Assembly: GCF_036321535.1 (NCBI RefSeq)
Contig: NC_087438.1
Span: 6,202,001-6,266,000 of the forward strand
Direction: 5' to 3'
From: Camelus dromedarius
Lineage: Eukaryota
Length of the DNA: 64,000 nt
A program made the translations under genes and the position numbers. Below the pieces are notes generated by a model. It saw only the letters and a list, made by a program, of their open reading frames with translations. It was not told the DNA's origin and made no database searches. This document shows, piece by piece, positions 61,714 to 64,000 of this stretch (positions are counted from its first letter, which is position 1; each line of letters starts with the position of its first letter).

Positions 61714-64000
61714 TAGTTCTGAAGATATTGGACATTAGGCAATGAGGGACAGTGATCACCAGGTGAAGGAAACATGAGATGAGCCCCACAATGGACCCAG
61801 CCTACAACCTTGAGAAGATTTCCAGGTGGTGGTGGAGGACAAAGAGTGACTGAAGAGGCAGAGCTGAGAACTCAAGGAAGCTAAAGCAGCTGGGGTTCTC
61901 AGAAGGAGAGGGCTGCACAAGGAGAAAACCCCAGCTCCTCACCGTTTTGCACCCCCCCCCCCAAGTATTCAGCTGTGAGAAGCCGGTGGAAGAAACGACA
62001 CACGGGTGGGGAGAGATCCATCGAAGAAGATCAGAGGGAACAGGGCATGTGGCTCACAAAGGACTGGGAGAAGTGCTTGCTCCTAAGAGCCAGCCTGAGA
62101 AGCTTCCTAACTCACTGGCATCCGTTAGGGTACCAAGAAGTGTCTCGCTTCCCTAGTGGGGAGAAATCATCCCAGACCAACCTCTGCCCCGATCTCAACT
62201 AACAAAGCTTAAACAAGCAAAAACCAAAAAGGTCACACTGATTTCACATAACTTGATCTTGTCTCAAAGAGGAGCTCTAGCATGTTTGGGGAAATACAAG
62301 AGTGTCCAAAGCACAAGGAAAAGGTCACAGTGTCTCACGTACATCTAATCTAAAATTACCAGATATGCCAAGAAGCTGTTAAAAAACAACCTATTATGAA
62401 GAGAAAAGTTAGTCAATTGAACTTGGCACAGAAATGACATAGATGACAGAATTTGTAGTCAAGAACATTTAAAAATAGTTATTATAATTGTATTGCATAC
62501 GTCCAAGGAGCTGGAAGGAAGACTGAACATATTAAGTAGAAACACGGAAGATGCAAGAAATAAAATCAACTCTACACAACATTCTATGAGGTCAGCTTTA
62601 ATCTGACATCAAAACCAGACAAAGATATTAGAAGAAAAGAAAACTACATGTGAATATTCCTCACGAACTTAGATACAAATATGAATAACAGGATTTTAAT
62701 AAACAAAACTCCAAACTACATAAAAAAGTTAATATCTCATAATTACATAGGGAGGATGTCACGGGGGCAAGGTTGCAGTAACGTTTAAAACTGGATCAAT
62801 GTAATTCACCATATTTAACATTCTGGGAAGTAAACCTATATGAACATCTCAACAGATACAGATCATTTCAATACAGTACCATTTGATAAGATCCAAAAGT
62901 CCATTCCTTATAAAAACTCTGAATCAACTAGGAATAAAATGAATTTCCTAAATCTGACGAAGGACAGCTACTAAAAACATATAAGCAACATCTTACTTAA
63001 AAGTTAAAGCTTGCATGTTTTTGTAAAAGCTAAATAATATAAGATCAATATAAAATATTCATTTTGTTCCTATGTACTAGCAATGAGCAGTCATAAATTA
63101 AAAGAATGACATTTATAATATTATCAAAAATAAGAAATACTTAGGAATAAGTCTCACAAAATATGTGTATGACTGATACACTTAAAGGAAACTGAATCTT
63201 CTAAATGAGCTACAGAATCAAAGGAATCTTAGTTACAATTCCAGAAGGCTGTTTTAAAAAATAAAATTTGACAAGTGAACTCTAAAATTCATATGGAAAT
63301 ACAAAGTATCTAGAACAACAAAAGCTTTTTGCAAAGAAAGGGCATTGTTAGAGGCTTATACAACCTGACTTCAAGATTCATTGTAAAGCTCCAATAATCA
63401 AAGTGCTGTGGCATTAAAATCGAATGACTGAGCAAAGGAACAGAATGGAAAGCCCAGAAATAGAGCCGTATGTACGTGGGTTATGGATTTTTCAAAAAGG
63501 TACAAAGGCAATTTAGTGGAGAAAGTAGTCTGCAGCAAAGTAGTGCTGGAGCAACTAGCTATCCACAGGCGAAACCGGGAACTTTGATCAACAGCTTGCT
63601 CTCCCCATGACAATAAACTCAAATGGATCACAGCCCAATAGCTAACACCATAAAACTTCTAGAAGAAAACCTAGGAGAATATTTCTGGGACCTTAGGTTA
63701 AGCAAAGATTTCCTAGATACAATGCCAAAAGCATCACTCATGAAAGAAAGAAAAATAGTCAAAATCAGGACCCTCTGCTTTTGAGAGACACTGTTAAGAA
63801 AATAAAAGACTAGTCACACCCAAGAGAGTATCGGCAAATCAGATGTCTGACAGAAGACTCGTATCCATCAGATATAAAACAAATTAAAACTCAACACTAA
63901 AAAACAACTACCAAGTGTTATGAAGAGACATTTCACCAAAGAAGATACACAGATGGCAAAAAGTATATGTAAAGATACTCAATGTCATTTTTTAGAAAAC
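61600..64000 (+). mobile_element. Old fragmented L1M (5'/ORF1-region remnants and degenerate ORF2), running off the window
   Basis: From ~62570: cattctatgaggtcagc...aaaaccagacaaaga...; ctgacttcaagattcattgtaaagct; aaaacttctagaagaaaac; agacatttcaccaaagaagatacacagatggcaa. Many stops and deletions. The left boundary is approximate. Confidence 0.8.
61677..61710. repeat. (AT)17 microsatellite
   Basis: Seen directly. Confidence 0.97.

Noticed and set aside
1..64000. A novel multi-gene or prokaryote-type system (CRISPR, defence island, operon)
   Set aside because: The sequence is a spliced mammalian gene end plus ordinary interspersed repeats. I saw no repeat-spacer arrays and no long unexplained ORFs.
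57136..64000. Further upstream SEMA5A exons
   Set aside because: No TSR/PSI/Sema-like coding segment found. The region is intronic and L1-rich, so the next exon lies outside the window.

Overview
This is mammalian genomic DNA, not prokaryotic. The minus strand carries the 3' end of SEMA5A (semaphorin 5A). Seven coding exons were resolved by hand at GT-AG junctions with consistent phases: 57135-56910, 54026-53808, 48046-47876, 46343-46188, 44473-44426, 39592-39381 and 35938-35819. They encode the C-terminal thrombospondin type-1 repeats, the transmembrane helix and a cytoplasmic tail ending ...TDLNNYDDY*. A probable ~7.3 kb 3' UTR follows, ending near an AATAAA at 28502-28507. Positions ~1-28400 are intergenic and rich in repeats (L1, MaLR/ERVL LTRs, MIR, Tigger/hAT MITEs). 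tRNA-Ala-derived SINEs suggest a camelid genome (inference). Almost all ORF-track entries are spurious or L1 remnants. I found no evidence of a new biological system. The best leads are regulatory: a near-consensus CTCF site just past the gene end, a MER53 palindrome with a miR-1302-like arm in a sense intron, clustered miR-124 and miR-17 seed sites plus a Pumilio element in the 3' UTR, and possible read-through isoforms. Repeat family names and comparisons to human sequences are from memory and need RepeatMasker/BLAST confirmation.
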